A stretch of 61,633 nucleotides of DNA, the filler included, from Stramenopiles sp. TOSAG23-2 (taxonomy: Eukaryota), in assembly GCA_900128395.1 (NCBI GenBank). It is 8 parts of 8 records of this genome, joined end to end, with 100 filler letters (N's around TTAATTAATTAA, not from the genome) between each part and the next. Parts side by side here need not be neighbours in the genome. Positions count along the whole stretch, not along the records: positions 1 to 11,324 come from LT649944.1; positions 11,425 to 22,744 come from LT649945.1; 6 more parts are not named here. The stretch is one strand, 5' to 3'. Positions 8,404 through 19,676 of this stretch are shown here, piece by piece. Within the stretch, counting starts at the first letter, position 1; each line of letters opens with the position of its first letter. A program made the position numbers and the translations under genes. The notes beneath the pieces were generated by a model. That model worked only from the letters and a program-made list of their open reading frames with translations. It was not told where the DNA came from and did no database searches.

Positions 8404-11324
8404 TCATGTTAATCTCCATATTTCAATTCGTGCTTCTTTAATGGACGCAGAGGTATTTGTGGATGCTACTTTAAAATCTAAATCTATGGTATGAACTCCT
8501 AATGTTAACGAGATATGACTAAATCCAGATGTTGCGATATCTTGGTTACTTCTTTGTGTACTTTCTGTAGTTTCATGGATTACTAAAGAATCATCTATTT
8601 GAATTCTACTACTAAAATCTTGATTAGTGTTATCTATTGTCCATATATAATAAAAACCTACTCTATATATACCAGATGGTATATTATCAGTGACTAGACG
8701 TATTTTTTGTACATAATTGGTGCTATTAGTGCTTGTAGTGCTGGTGCTTTCTACATAATTTAGTTCAGTACCAAATATTACGAGACCTTGTTCTCCAACT
8801 GTCAATGGTTCTAGACGTAATATAGAAATACTGGTTCCTAAAGGAGCTACTCTTAAATTATTACCATCAAGGATAACACTTTGAAGTTTTATAATAGTTC
8901 CTGCAGAGAATTGAAAAGATCCATTAATGAATGATTGTTCCGTTCCGGTATTTGTATTCGTATGATAACTACAACTTTCTGTTCCAGCGACTTCAAAAAA
9001 ACCTTGTCCATTGTTTGCTACTAGTCTAGTTTTTGCATTAGATCTAGTAGTTCCGGAAGATTTTTCAATAGATACCTTGGCAAAGATAATATAACGTCCA
9101 TCTTCTTCTAGAGTTATTTGTGAAGAATTAGGTGTGTGTGTGTATTCAGTGTCTTTAAGTCTTTCTGTTTTGATAGGTATATCTATATAATTTGTATTCA
9201 AGGTTGTATTTCCGGTATCATTATAACCATCGAAATATTTTACAGAGGACTGACCCAAAGTAGAGGATAATTTGAGCACATTAAAGTTGCATCCGTTTAC
9301 AATTGTGGATGAAAGATTTGCTCCACTTTCTGTTATTGCTTGTATTTTTACTTTATCTCCAGTCAATGCTGAATATACACAATTAAAGATTGCGGTTTCA
9401 TCAGAATCTGGAGAATCATCGTTATGTATATAACTTCGGGTTCCTGGGATCTCTGTATACCCAGAGCCTGAATCAATAACCAATCTAATATTACTTTGTG
9501 TCTCAGTATTTGAATTAGTTCTAGTTGAGATATTACAATTGATTATATATATACCATCTTCTGTAATATCAAGTATTCCCGTGCTTGTATTATATGTGTA
9601 TATGGAATCTACTAAACGAGTAGTATTAAATAATACATCTGTATAACTTGTTGAGATATTTTGCGATGATGAAACATATGATGAAAAGAATTGAGAATTA
9701 TCGTTATTAGTATCAATAGATGGTTTGATGATAAGTAATTCTGATCCATTTTGGAGGCTCTTGATAGTTGACGATCCCGAGTCTCTTTTAAACTGTATTT
9801 TAATTTTTTCGTTAGAGGCGGCTTGGTAAATAAAGATGATACTAGATGTATTACATCCATTGTCGTCATCACGATTAAACATAAATGCTTGTGTTCCTGG
9901 GATTTCTGTGTACCCTCCTCCAGTATCAGATACTAATCGTACACTACTAGTGGAATTATTATTACCTGTTTCAACGAATGAAGTCATTCTGAAAGATATC
10001 AAAAATTTTCCAGGTAAATTGAACTCTATAATATTTTGTTCCAACAGAGAATGTGTATATATATCATCAATGCGTCTATCTGAATCGAACAAAAGATCTT
10101 GATATGAATCAGAAAAAGTCTGGGATCCGCTACTATACAAATTACAGTATTTGTTGGAGTTTGGGTCAGATCCTGTTCCACCTGTACCAGACGAAACATT
10201 TGCCCATTTAATTCCTGTAGGTTGTGATGCATCTACAGTAAGAACTTGTGATTCAGATCCTACTGATAGTTTTTCCTGTGTAGCACCATTGTGTGACAAA
10301 ACATCTCCCTTTGTATTTGTGGGTTGGTAAGTTGTGATTATTCCAGAATTATTTATTGATTTGAATAAATTATCTGTGGTATCAAGATAAAAATGTTGTG
10401 AAGTACTTGTTGAATTACTGGGAGTAGATGTTTTATTAAGAGTCATTACGTTAAGAATATCAAGGGAGTCTCCTATGAATACGTTTTTTTGTACAGCCAT
10501 TCCACCATTAATTTGCAGTGCTCCAGTGGTAATAGATGTACTATTTGTCGTTTCTGTGACTATAATTTGTCCTTTTGTGATATTTGATGTACTTGTTAAT
10601 ATGAGATTATCAGATGCTCCTGTACCGCCAAGAGCTATTTGACCTCCAGCACGTCCACCTAGTAATAAATACTGTGTATGATCATCATCACCTAAACCTA
10701 ATAAAGAACCATGATCAAAATCATCCCATTCAATACCACTTGAAATTACTGAATTTGCTCTCAACACTTGTCCGTCAGTGCCTATAGGTAATCTAATTAC
10801 GTTGCTTCCGTCTTCAACTAATATATCACCTTTTGTGGTTGTAACAGTGACTTGGTCAATTGTAACAGAATGTGGGTTACCAGTGGAGCTGATGTGTGAA
10901 TCTATTTGTGCATGTGTGTTAGTGCCTGCCCCGGACAAGTTTTGATGTACAATGTTGCCTTCATTAAGTGTGAGATCTACTTCTAAAGTATCAGAAACAA
11001 CGGAAATACGATCAGTGGTACTTGTGATGCTTTTGAATTCGAGATCATTACCAGTTTTTTGTTTAAAGACTCCTATACCTGCTCCAACATTACTTGCGGT
11101 GGCGTTACTAGATTCTGTTCCCCAAACAAGTCCAGAGGCTTCGGATGAGTCTGCCAACAACACTTGTCCGTCAGTACCTATAGGTAATCTAATGACGTTG
11201 CTTCCGTCTTCAACTAATATATCTCCTTTGGTGGTTGTAACAGTGATTTGGTCAATTGTAACAGAATGGGGGTTACCAGTGGAGCTGATGTGTGAATCTA
11301 TTTGTGCATGTGTGTTAGTGCCTG
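8404..11324 (-). CDS. Fibre/spike-like protein, 5'-partial: tail-fibre-like stalk repeats, three tandem C1q/BclA-CTD-like domains and a terminal beta domain
   Basis: The frame is open to the contig end at 11324; the track's start at 11163 is an internal TTG. Repeats TTKGDILV...RLPIGTDGQVL.A.S...G..W and GNPHSVTIDQ. Three ~145-aa domains share F....D..YT...G.Y.I...RLV...G.G..E..GT...IK.Q. Confidence 0.7.
10762..11324. repeat. Intragenic direct repeat: 10762-10928 and 11158-11324 (167 bp matched, 396-bp/132-aa period)
   Basis: Near-identical copies (caacacttgtccgtcagt...tgtgtgttagtgcctg) with mostly synonymous differences. The contig ends inside the repeat. Confidence 0.9.
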
Positions 11325-11424
11325 NNNNNNNNNNNNNNNNNNNNNNNNNNNNNNNNNNNNNNNNNNNNTTAATTAATTAANNNNNNNNNNNNNNNNNNNN
11401 NNNNNNNNNNNNNNNNNNNNNNNN
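11325..11424. other. Artificial contig spacer
   Basis: N44-TTAATTAATTAA-N44; stop codons in all six frames. Confidence 0.98.
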
Positions 11425-13072
11425 CTACGTAATTATTTTGACCATTTTCATTTGCAACTTTTAATAAATTATTTCTAACGAATCGACCAGCTTGCACTAA
11501 TGTATCTTCGAAAACAAGCGCATTTTGTATACGATTCTCTAAATTCAATGCATGTGGCCCAACAAATTTTACTAAATAGTGGGATAAACCGTCTGGACTT
11601 TGTATTTTCAAGATTGGCCAGTGTTTTCTTAAATAACCATATTCACGCCTATACCAATCTAAAGGTGCCTCTCTAGAATGTGGCGCAGGATATATAGTTT
11701 TCTTTAATGCATTTGGTTTGATATTTATTTTATTAAAATCATCCTCGTCGATAAAACGTATTATTCCCATTAAATTGAGTCTCATTTGATCAACATTGAA
11801 TAATCTTTTAAATTCTATTGTCTTATCTACCCCCCATTGCAATAATCGTGGTTTTTCAATTGATAGCCGGGGCAAGATTAATGTTCTATTTAATACATGA
11901 CTGATAGCAATAAATTGAATAATTTCTTTAATTTGGTTGTTTAAACCACCGGAAGGGGGACGAAATATAATATATCTAGTTTCTTCTATTTCTAATATTT
12001 GTTGTTGATCCATAATTTGTGTTGGATATTCTATGTAATAATTTGGATCTTTGTTTCGTTCATTTGCATACGTCCAATTTTGTTCTTGTAATGGAAATTT
12101 TGATGAATCTTTGCTTAAATATTCATAATTCTTGAACATTTCATTTNNNNNNNNNNNNNNNNNNNNNNNNNNNNNNNNNNNNNNNNNNNNNNNNNNNNNN
12201 NNNNNNNNNNNNNNNNNNNNNNNNNNNNNNNNNNNATTTGCACTTTTTGTAGCATATGACGCTAATCCATTCCATCCATGTTTTTGTTTTATTTGACTAT
12301 AATCGTATAAATCTGATGGGTTTAAATTAAAATAATTTTCAATAGCTTTCTTTCTATGTGAAAAGTGATCCCATGCGAACCATACGGATGTAACACTTTG
12401 ACGCCCAAACCAGGTTTCAATTGGAAAATATTTATGTGGAGTTTTCCCACCGTCGTTAACAGCTGATGATGATGGCGGTATATAAATAGGTGCCATACGT
12501 AAAATATGATAACCAATACTTAATTCTAACGATCTATGTTTATAAGATAGAAATTTACCATCTTTTAATGGTGGTTTACTACTACTTGGATACATTTGAC
12601 ATATTTTAGATTGAGATACTATATCTTCATCTAATCGAAATACAAACATCAAGTCATCACATAAATTTGGCAAGTATTCTAATATCCAAAAGTTATGAGC
12701 AGCAAATTCAAAATGTAAAATTGATTTCAAGTCATGCGTTGGAAAAACAGTAGATGAAGGTTGAATGAATGTGACATCAAGTGCAAATGGAAAATAACCA
12801 ATATATTTGGGTTTTGCACATCGTTCTTCGTTTGTAAATGATTTGTCTAAATATTTATGATATTTCAATGACACAGGTAGATTTACATCGTTACTTGGAA
12901 TTATATTATCTATTTCTTTTTTTCTTTTCTTAAAACGCATGTAATTATGATTATGAAGTGCAATTATTATTGGTGAAGTGACAAATAATAATATGATGGA
13001 AATTAAAAACATATATAACATTACTTTGCATTTTCTTCTGTAGCAACAATGATGGTGAATATAACGATGCAT
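11425..13072 (-). CDS. Type II membrane protein with GDP-fucose O-fucosyltransferase-like domain; 3'-partial, with an internal N gap at 12147-12235
   Basis: Signal-anchor MLYMFLISIILLFVTSPIIIAL; motif GGLNNQIKEIIQFIAISHVLNRTLILPRL. Likely start MHRYIH at 13072; the ORF track starts at 13231. Confidence 0.7.
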
Positions 13073-13441
13073 GGCTAAATCTATACGAATGAAGCGAAAA
13101 AAGATGATGCTATTTATAATTGTGCCAGATGTATGATTTATTTTTTTCTTTTTCTTTGTATCCCTGCCCCTCGTATTATTAATAATAATATTATTTTGAA
13201 GTAATTCTAATACTAAAATTCGTTCAATCAATCATCAAAAAAATAATAAATAAACGACGAGACGCGTCGTCGTTTTTAAGTTGAAGAAGAAGGAGAAATA
13301 CTGTAGCACCAACAATGCAAGCACAGCAGAGACGAGAGGCACGCGTAGAAAATAATATATACATACATATACATACATAACAAAGATAGAAATTTAAAAA
13401 CAACACACCGCTATTCATATACATATATATTCTACTATACG

Positions 13442-14392
13442 ATGGGATTTGGAATGTTTGGCTTACTAGCTATTGTTGGCTTTGTTGGCAATTTATATAA
13501 AGATGATGGAGGTGTACCATTACCTTTTACGAATACGAAATTGCCAGTTTATTCAACACTGGTATATGATACAGCCACGACAAATTGGAAATCAATATTT
13601 ATTGAAAATTATATATTATGGTTAGTATTATATACTATAGCACATGTATTAATGTATGTTGAACCGCAACGTAATTTATTTAAACCGTTCAAATTGAACA
13701 AACAATATCCAAAAAATAAATTGATTGTAAAAGAAATATTACGTTCTGCGCGATCTGTTTTTATCGCTTCTACATATGAATATTTTGTGAATTATTTATT
13801 TGTGAATGGTCACATCAACTCGAATTTAATATGGGATTATTTAAAAATAAGTGAAGATGGATCATTAAGTTTTCAAACATTATTAGCTGCAGGAGTGCTT
13901 GCATATTTATGGGGGGATACGCATTTTTATTGGACACATCGCCTTTTACATACAAAATGGTTGTATAAAAATGTTCATAAAATTCATCATGAAAGTTTTA
14001 ATCCAGATCCATGGAGTGGATTAAGTTTTCATTGGTTTGAATCAGCAGTATATTTCAGCGCCGCACCAATGATTTCTATGTTTTCCCCATTGTGGTTGAC
14101 ACGGTTTATGATCAAAGGGTTATTAATATTCCCATTGGAAGGACATTCTGGTCATGGCAGTTGGGCATTAGAGGATACCTGGAATCATTATATACATCAT
14201 TCTAAATTCAATTGGAATTATGGCTCTAGTCCAATGTGGGACCATATCTGTGGTACAAATTATGATCCAGCTAAATTAAATAAAAAACGTGCCGCAGAAT
14301 CGTTGATACAAGCAAAACTAGTTGGTGCAACTATTGCAAAAGGATTAAAAGGTGAAGCTGGTTTTGTACAGGAAGGAAAGAAAAAAAATTGA
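13442..14392 (+). CDS. Sterol desaturase / fatty-acid hydroxylase superfamily protein
   Basis: His boxes HFYWTHRLLH, HKIHH, GHSG and HYIHH followed by NYG...WD.ICGT; several TM segments. Confidence 0.9.
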   Translation: MGFGMFGLLAIVGFVGNLYKDDGGVPLPFTNTKLPVYSTLVYDTATTNWKSIFIENYILWLVLYTIAHVLMYVEPQRNLFKPFKLNKQYPKNKLIVKEILRSARSVFIASTYEYFVNYLFVNGHINSNLIWDYLKISEDGSLSFQTLLAAGVLAYLWGDTHFYWTHRLLHTKWLYKNVHKIHHESFNPDPWSGLSFHWFESAVYFSAAPMISMFSPLWLTRFMIKGLLIFPLEGHSGHGSWALEDTWNHYIHHSKFNWNYGSSPMWDHICGTNYDPAKLNKKRAAESLIQAKLVGATIAKGLKGEAGFVQEGKKKN

Positions 14393-14757
14393 GAACACCA
14401 TTATTTTACGACGAACGTGTTCGTATTTACAGACACAGTATTTGTATTATTATATGTGTTCAATTTTAAATTGAAAATAATATTTTACCTAAAGAAAATA
14501 TTCGTATATGATACGAATAAAATAACAGTATATATAGCTTACGAGAGTATTATATATTATACGAACTTCGTATAGTTTTTTGTATTCCTCGCTTCTTCGT
14601 TGTATGCATGTAAATACGTTCGGTAAAACATAAAAATACACACTTAACACAAAAAGTATCAATTTACGAAAGTATGATACAGAATGTAGCTACTTCTTCT
14701 TTATCTTTCTGCTTTTTATCTTTTTAATATGACATATACAATGCATATGATATCATA

Positions 14758-16230
14758 CTAAATTCTTCTTCTTAATTCTACTCCATCATTATTATTATTG
14801 TTACGACTACCACCTACAGCACCTTCCATATCATTACCATATCCATCATTAGTTGTGTTATTCAAGAAAACATTATTATTTTTCTTTCTTTCATCATCAT
14901 CAACAATATCCCAATAATTAAATGTATAATACGATAACCCAATTAATATGAAACAGCCACTAATATAACATATACGAAAAGATTGAAAATAATCATAGGA
15001 AAAGGTCCAAAAAAACGAACCAAGACCATTACCAACAACCCATACATTAGACATAAATGTTTGTGAAGTATTTTGTAATGTTTTTGGAGCATTGAGTTTA
15101 GCATATCGAACAGCTGCAACCCACATTACAGCAAAACAAAATCCATGTAATAATTGTATAAACACAATCATATATGGATATTGTAATGGGGTTAAAAAAT
15201 ATAAAAACAAACGTAATGCACATGCTGAATGTGCAATAACAAACATTTTTTTAACTTTATATGTTTCCAATAAATAATCCGAGTAATGAAAAACAGGAAT
15301 TTCAAAAAGTACACTTATAAATATACATAAACCTTGTATTGTTTTACTTGCATGGTATTCTTTTTCCAATATAATAAATAATAAAGATTCGACTAATGAA
15401 AAGCAAAAACCATAAATAAGTAATATGAAATAAAATTGTTGTAAATCTTTATTGCAAAAAAAGATTTTCATATTACTAAGAGTGGAAGCAAAGGATGAGT
15501 TTCCATCATTATTAATAATATTATTCTCGTTGTTATTATTATTATTATTATTATTGTTGTTGTTGCTGCTACTGTTGTCCTCATTATTAGCATTTTCCCC
15601 CTTCTTTTCTTCTTCTTTTTGTAGTTCTACAATTTTATTCATGTTTTTCTTTTCTTCTTCTTCTTCTTCTTCTTGTGGTTGTTGTTCCGGAGATGGTATA
15701 AAAACAATCAATATTATGATATCCAAAAACATTATAAACCATGTTAAATAAAAAACTAAATTAATCCCATAGGATGAACGGTCTATAATATATCCAACAA
15801 GAAAAGAACACAATCCCCAACTAATAGCACAATACATTCTTGTTTGGCCATATCCTTTCCCTTTGATTAGTAAAAGAGCCATCGATTCAGTCAACGGCCA
15901 CACAGCATTTAATCCAGATCTTATAAATTTAATAAATATCAATAAAGCAAATGTATTTAATACATATTCAGAACGTAATAAAATTAATGATAATCCACAT
16001 AAAAAAATACTTGAAATTAATGTAAATTTAACATTTTGTGTATAATCTGAAATTAAACCCCATATTGGATAGGCAAATGCCTTTGCAAAAAATCCAACCA
16101 AACGCAACGTACCTATTTGTGTAGCAGAAATACCTTTGCTGACAAAATATGCAGTTGAAAATCTTCCCCATGGTACAGCAGATGCTGTTGTTATGATCAT
16201 TAAAATCTTGGCTGCAACTACTGCTGACAT
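14758..16230 (-). CDS. MFS transporter (MFS_1-like/MFSD6-like)
   Basis: About 12 TM segments; WGLISD, YGQTRMY..ISWG, EIPVF and QLLHGFCFAVMW motifs; central E/N low-complexity loop. Confidence 0.85.
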   Translation of the reverse strand: MSAVVAAKILMIITTASAVPWGRFSTAYFVSKGISATQIGTLRLVGFFAKAFAYPIWGLISDYTQNVKFTLISSIFLCGLSLILLRSEYVLNTFALLIFIKFIRSGLNAVWPLTESMALLLIKGKGYGQTRMYCAISWGLCSFLVGYIIDRSSYGINLVFYLTWFIMFLDIIILIVFIPSPEQQPQEEEEEEEKKNMNKIVELQKEEEKKGENANNEDNSSSNNNNNNNNNNNNENNIINNDGNSSFASTLSNMKIFFCNKDLQQFYFILLIYGFCFSLVESLLFIILEKEYHASKTIQGLCIFISVLFEIPVFHYSDYLLETYKVKKMFVIAHSACALRLFLYFLTPLQYPYMIVFIQLLHGFCFAVMWVAAVRYAKLNAPKTLQNTSQTFMSNVWVVGNGLGSFFWTFSYDYFQSFRICYISGCFILIGLSYYTFNYWDIVDDDERKKNNNVFLNNTTNDGYGNDMEGAVGGSRNNNNNDGVELRRRI

Positions 16231-17011
16231 TTTTGTTTTTTAATTACAATGTGCCAATCATATATATTATTTTATTTTACTTTTTTTCCTCGTCTTTCTT
16301 TGTTAAATATCTATATATCTATATATGTATATACACACAAAAAAGTTAATATCTCTATTCAATTGATTGTACATCAATAATATATAGATCACAATGCAGA
16401 AAATAATAAGATTTTAATATTGTTACTAGACGACTAACTATATATATCCGGAATATGTAAATGTATTTTTATTATAGTGATGAATGAATGAATGCCAGGA
16501 AGAATGGCCAATGCAAATAAAAAAATAATAATTGAGAAAAAAAAAAAGATTATTTTTTACATACTTTAAGGTATAAATCGATATTTTTTATAATATTATT
16601 CTAATTTCCCTTTCAAGTATAACTTATGGTCATTTGATATAGAAAATTTCAAAGAAAAATATCGGGGTCCAATAAGTATAGATTTAGTATACCATCTATA
16701 GATATTTGATAGGTAGATCTCGTGGAAAGAATAAATTCATAAAATCCAAAAATGGCCAATATGTTAATCTGGATGAAAAAATATCTAGAATATCCGATTT
16801 TTGTCATTAACATCATCATCAGTTGTCTCAGTCGACTCAGTCGACTCTTCTTCTTTTTTTTTTACTTTTTTTTTTAATTAGAAAAAAAAACAAAATAGAT
16901 ATGTCGTCTGTCTAGTCGTCTATGTATATATTAAAATACAGAATCATCAAAACGACACAATTGAACACACAGATATATATATAGATAGATACATTGTAAG
17001 AAGGATACAAG

Positions 17012-17758
17012 ATGTCAGCAGCAGCTGCAGCAACATTTTTAACGACGGCGAAAAAAAAACTCAATGTAAAATTATTAATATTGGATTGTGATGGAATTAT
17101 ATTTAATTCCAATAATTTAAAAACAAATGCATATCGTGAAGTGTTGAAAAAATTAAATGTATCCAACGAAGGTATTGACGCTTTTGTGAAATTGCATTTA
17201 TCAGATGTATCCGTCAGTCGTTTTGTAAAGTTTAGTAAATTTTTTAAAGAGATCTATACTGAATTATCAGATAATGATGAAAGCAAGGAAAAACAATTAG
17301 TGGAACAAGCATTAAATGGTTATAGTGAACAATGTTTAGTATTATATTCTAAATTAAAGCCAGTGAAACAAGCCATTCAGTTAGCACAGAAAATACCATA
17401 TACATACGTAGTTAGTGGTGGTGCACAAACAGAGTTGAACCATGTATTTAAAGAACATCAAATTGCAAATCATTTCCAAGAGATTTTAGGGTCTCCTATT
17501 ACTAAACCGGAACATTTAAAATATCTCTTTGAACAAACTGGAATTGAAAAAGAAAATACATTATTTATTGGTGATGGATATACAGATTTCAAAACCTCTC
17601 GTCAATATGATATTAATTTTTGTTTTCTTGAACAAATGTCAGATTGGAAAGATAATGTTGAGCAAATGAAAGGATATGAACATCATGTGACACGATGTAA
17701 ACATTGGGATGATATTATTAATCAATTTGAATTTACATCTGATGGAAGTCATTTGTAG
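17012..17758 (+). CDS. HAD-superfamily hydrolase
   Basis: Motif I LDCDG, motif II VSGG, motif III K (TKP), motif IV FIGDGYTD. Confidence 0.9.
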   Translation: MSAAAAATFLTTAKKKLNVKLLILDCDGIIFNSNNLKTNAYREVLKKLNVSNEGIDAFVKLHLSDVSVSRFVKFSKFFKEIYTELSDNDESKEKQLVEQALNGYSEQCLVLYSKLKPVKQAIQLAQKIPYTYVVSGGAQTELNHVFKEHQIANHFQEILGSPITKPEHLKYLFEQTGIEKENTLFIGDGYTDFKTSRQYDINFCFLEQMSDWKDNVEQMKGYEHHVTRCKHWDDIINQFEFTSDGSHL

Positions 17759-18080
17759 AGAAAGGTGGTGTAATTTTTTTAAAACACATTTTATATAATA
17801 AAATAAAACAGTAAATGCCCATTTTCACAAAAGGTTAAGATAACATCTCCTAGTTACCTCATCTCGGTAATTCCTAGTTATTGACGCACACATTATATAC
17901 CGTGAGATATAGATATTATGTTAACATATTGGCTTGGTGTTAAAGTTATTTTGATTGAAAGTAAGAAATATCCACGAGTAGAAAAGAAAAAATTAAAAAA
18001 TACGCGTACACGCACACATATAAATGTATATTTTTTACTCTTTGTTTAAAATATTTTTGAAAAAAAAATTATATAAAAAA

Positions 18081-18623
18081 TTACATAATTTCACACCCAC
18101 AACAATCATCATCTTTCTTCTTATTACTTTCTTCTTGTACATGTATGTTCTTCTGTTTCTTGTTAAGATCATTACGTGACATATGATTCACACTATTATA
18201 CGAATGTTGTGATATTGTATCATTTAATAATGGTTGTTTTAATGATTTATTATTGTTGGTGGACGGTGTTGTTATTGTGTTGGATGCGTTATTTGGTATT
18301 CGTACGTTATTATTATTATTAATATAATTATCTTCATAACTACCCGGCGGTGTATAATTATTATTATTTCTAGGCTCATCATATTGTATAGTATAATCGT
18401 ATTTTTCATGAAATTTATCTTGTTGATTGTTGTTATTGAGACTATTATTATCGTTTTCATCCGTTTTTCCATTTTCACCTTTATCATTATTGATCCTAAC
18501 ACGTATTGGCGAAGGACTTTGTAAGGATGGTGACGGTGTAGCAATAAATGCTTGGTTTACATCATCAAAATCTAATGTTGGTGACGTATTATTACTATCT
18601 CTGCTATTTGATGGTGTTGACAT
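18081..18623 (-). CDS. Low-complexity protein with C-terminal CaaX (prenylation/palmitoylation) tail
   Basis: N/S/P-rich, ends KKKDDDCCGCEIM*. Confidence 0.65.
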   Translation of the reverse strand: MSTPSNSRDSNNTSPTLDFDDVNQAFIATPSPSLQSPSPIRVRINNDKGENGKTDENDNNSLNNNNQQDKFHEKYDYTIQYDEPRNNNNYTPPGSYEDNYINNNNNVRIPNNASNTITTPSTNNNKSLKQPLLNDTISQHSYNSVNHMSRNDLNKKQKNIHVQEESNKKKDDDCCGCEIM

Positions 18624-19676
18624 TTTTTTTTGTAGCGTGCTCGTGGGAGGTTTATGTTACTATATATAGTTTCTCTCTCTCTTTTTCTCTAAACTATATA
18701 TATACATATAAAATATGATTCGATTAGAAAAAATAAAATGATATGTACTATACGAGGAATGTATTTCTATGTTTCTTATCTATTCATTAATTCATATACA
18801 AATGTAACTCAGTTTGAAAAATTATAAAAAATTTTTTTTAAATAAAATAAAAAATCTCACAAATTTCTGGTTGTTGTATTATATTCCTATCAAAACTACA
18901 ACTCTTAGTACACCGACATTGTATACTTATACCCATCCGAATTTTCACATTTCGGTACTTTTTGTTTATTAAGGTTAAAATTACAATTTTCTTTTTGCTT
19001 TTTGCTTGGCACTTTGCCAGTTTGCGATTTAGATTTATAGTGCAATAGCAAGTGTTATAATAACTTTTTGATAATAAATTTCGCACATTACAGATACGCA
19101 GACTACTAATTTGCGATATTGTACCAGATTTTATATTTCATATAATAATATCCGATATAGAACATTGATATCTAAGTAGAATAAATAACCTTAATTAAAA
19201 CGAAATTATGGTGTATCATTACGACGTCGCAGAATTACCATACGGAATTGGTTAATAATGGTGCTTTTTTCCATGAAATAAATCTGGTTTTTGAGTGCTA
19301 CCCATTGTGTTCTGGAACTTTAATTACATGTGTAATTCCTGTTGCTCGGTGTTGGGGGTATAAAAACATCCCAGGACAAGCTACCGTGGTAGTGGTATGT
19401 AATGCTATAATCTGTAACTTACTTGAAGATGCATCATTTTTTTGGATTTCTTTAATAAAAAAAAGATATTATTATACTAAATAGGAGGTGCAATCGATAG
19501 ATATATGAATGTAATGATGAAGAGTTTGTGTAGTATATATTGTAGCAATATATCTTATATACATATTACTTTATATTACTTTTAAAATCAACGAAATTTA
19601 TATATAACAATAAGACGATAGAGAGAAAAAAAATCGTATTTATAAACAAGATAAAAGTGTGAAAAAACAAACAAAC

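Larger units (their letters stand above)
1..11324. other. Contig of probable giant DNA virus (Nucleocytoviricota-like) origin
   Basis: No introns, intergenic gaps of 0-50 nt (stop codon directly abutting the next ATG at 7793/7794), no poly-Asn tracts, composition unlike the other contigs. Gene set (exostosin-like GT, SLATT-like 2TM protein, DEDDh nuclease, fibre-like proteins) is of a kind common in NCLDV genomes. No MCP, polB or packaging ATPase is visible, so the assignment is inferential. Confidence 0.7.

Noticed and set aside
11325-11424. TTAATTAATTAA palindrome repeated seven times as a possible biological repeat or att site
   Set aside because: Always centred in N44 flanks and gives stops in all six frames; it is a synthetic linker. 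ORF-track proteins ending in XXXLIN are artefacts of it.
10900-11500. Virus-like DNA next to eukaryotic genes as an endogenous viral insertion
   Set aside because: The junction is an artificial spacer between length-sorted contigs; no physical linkage is shown.
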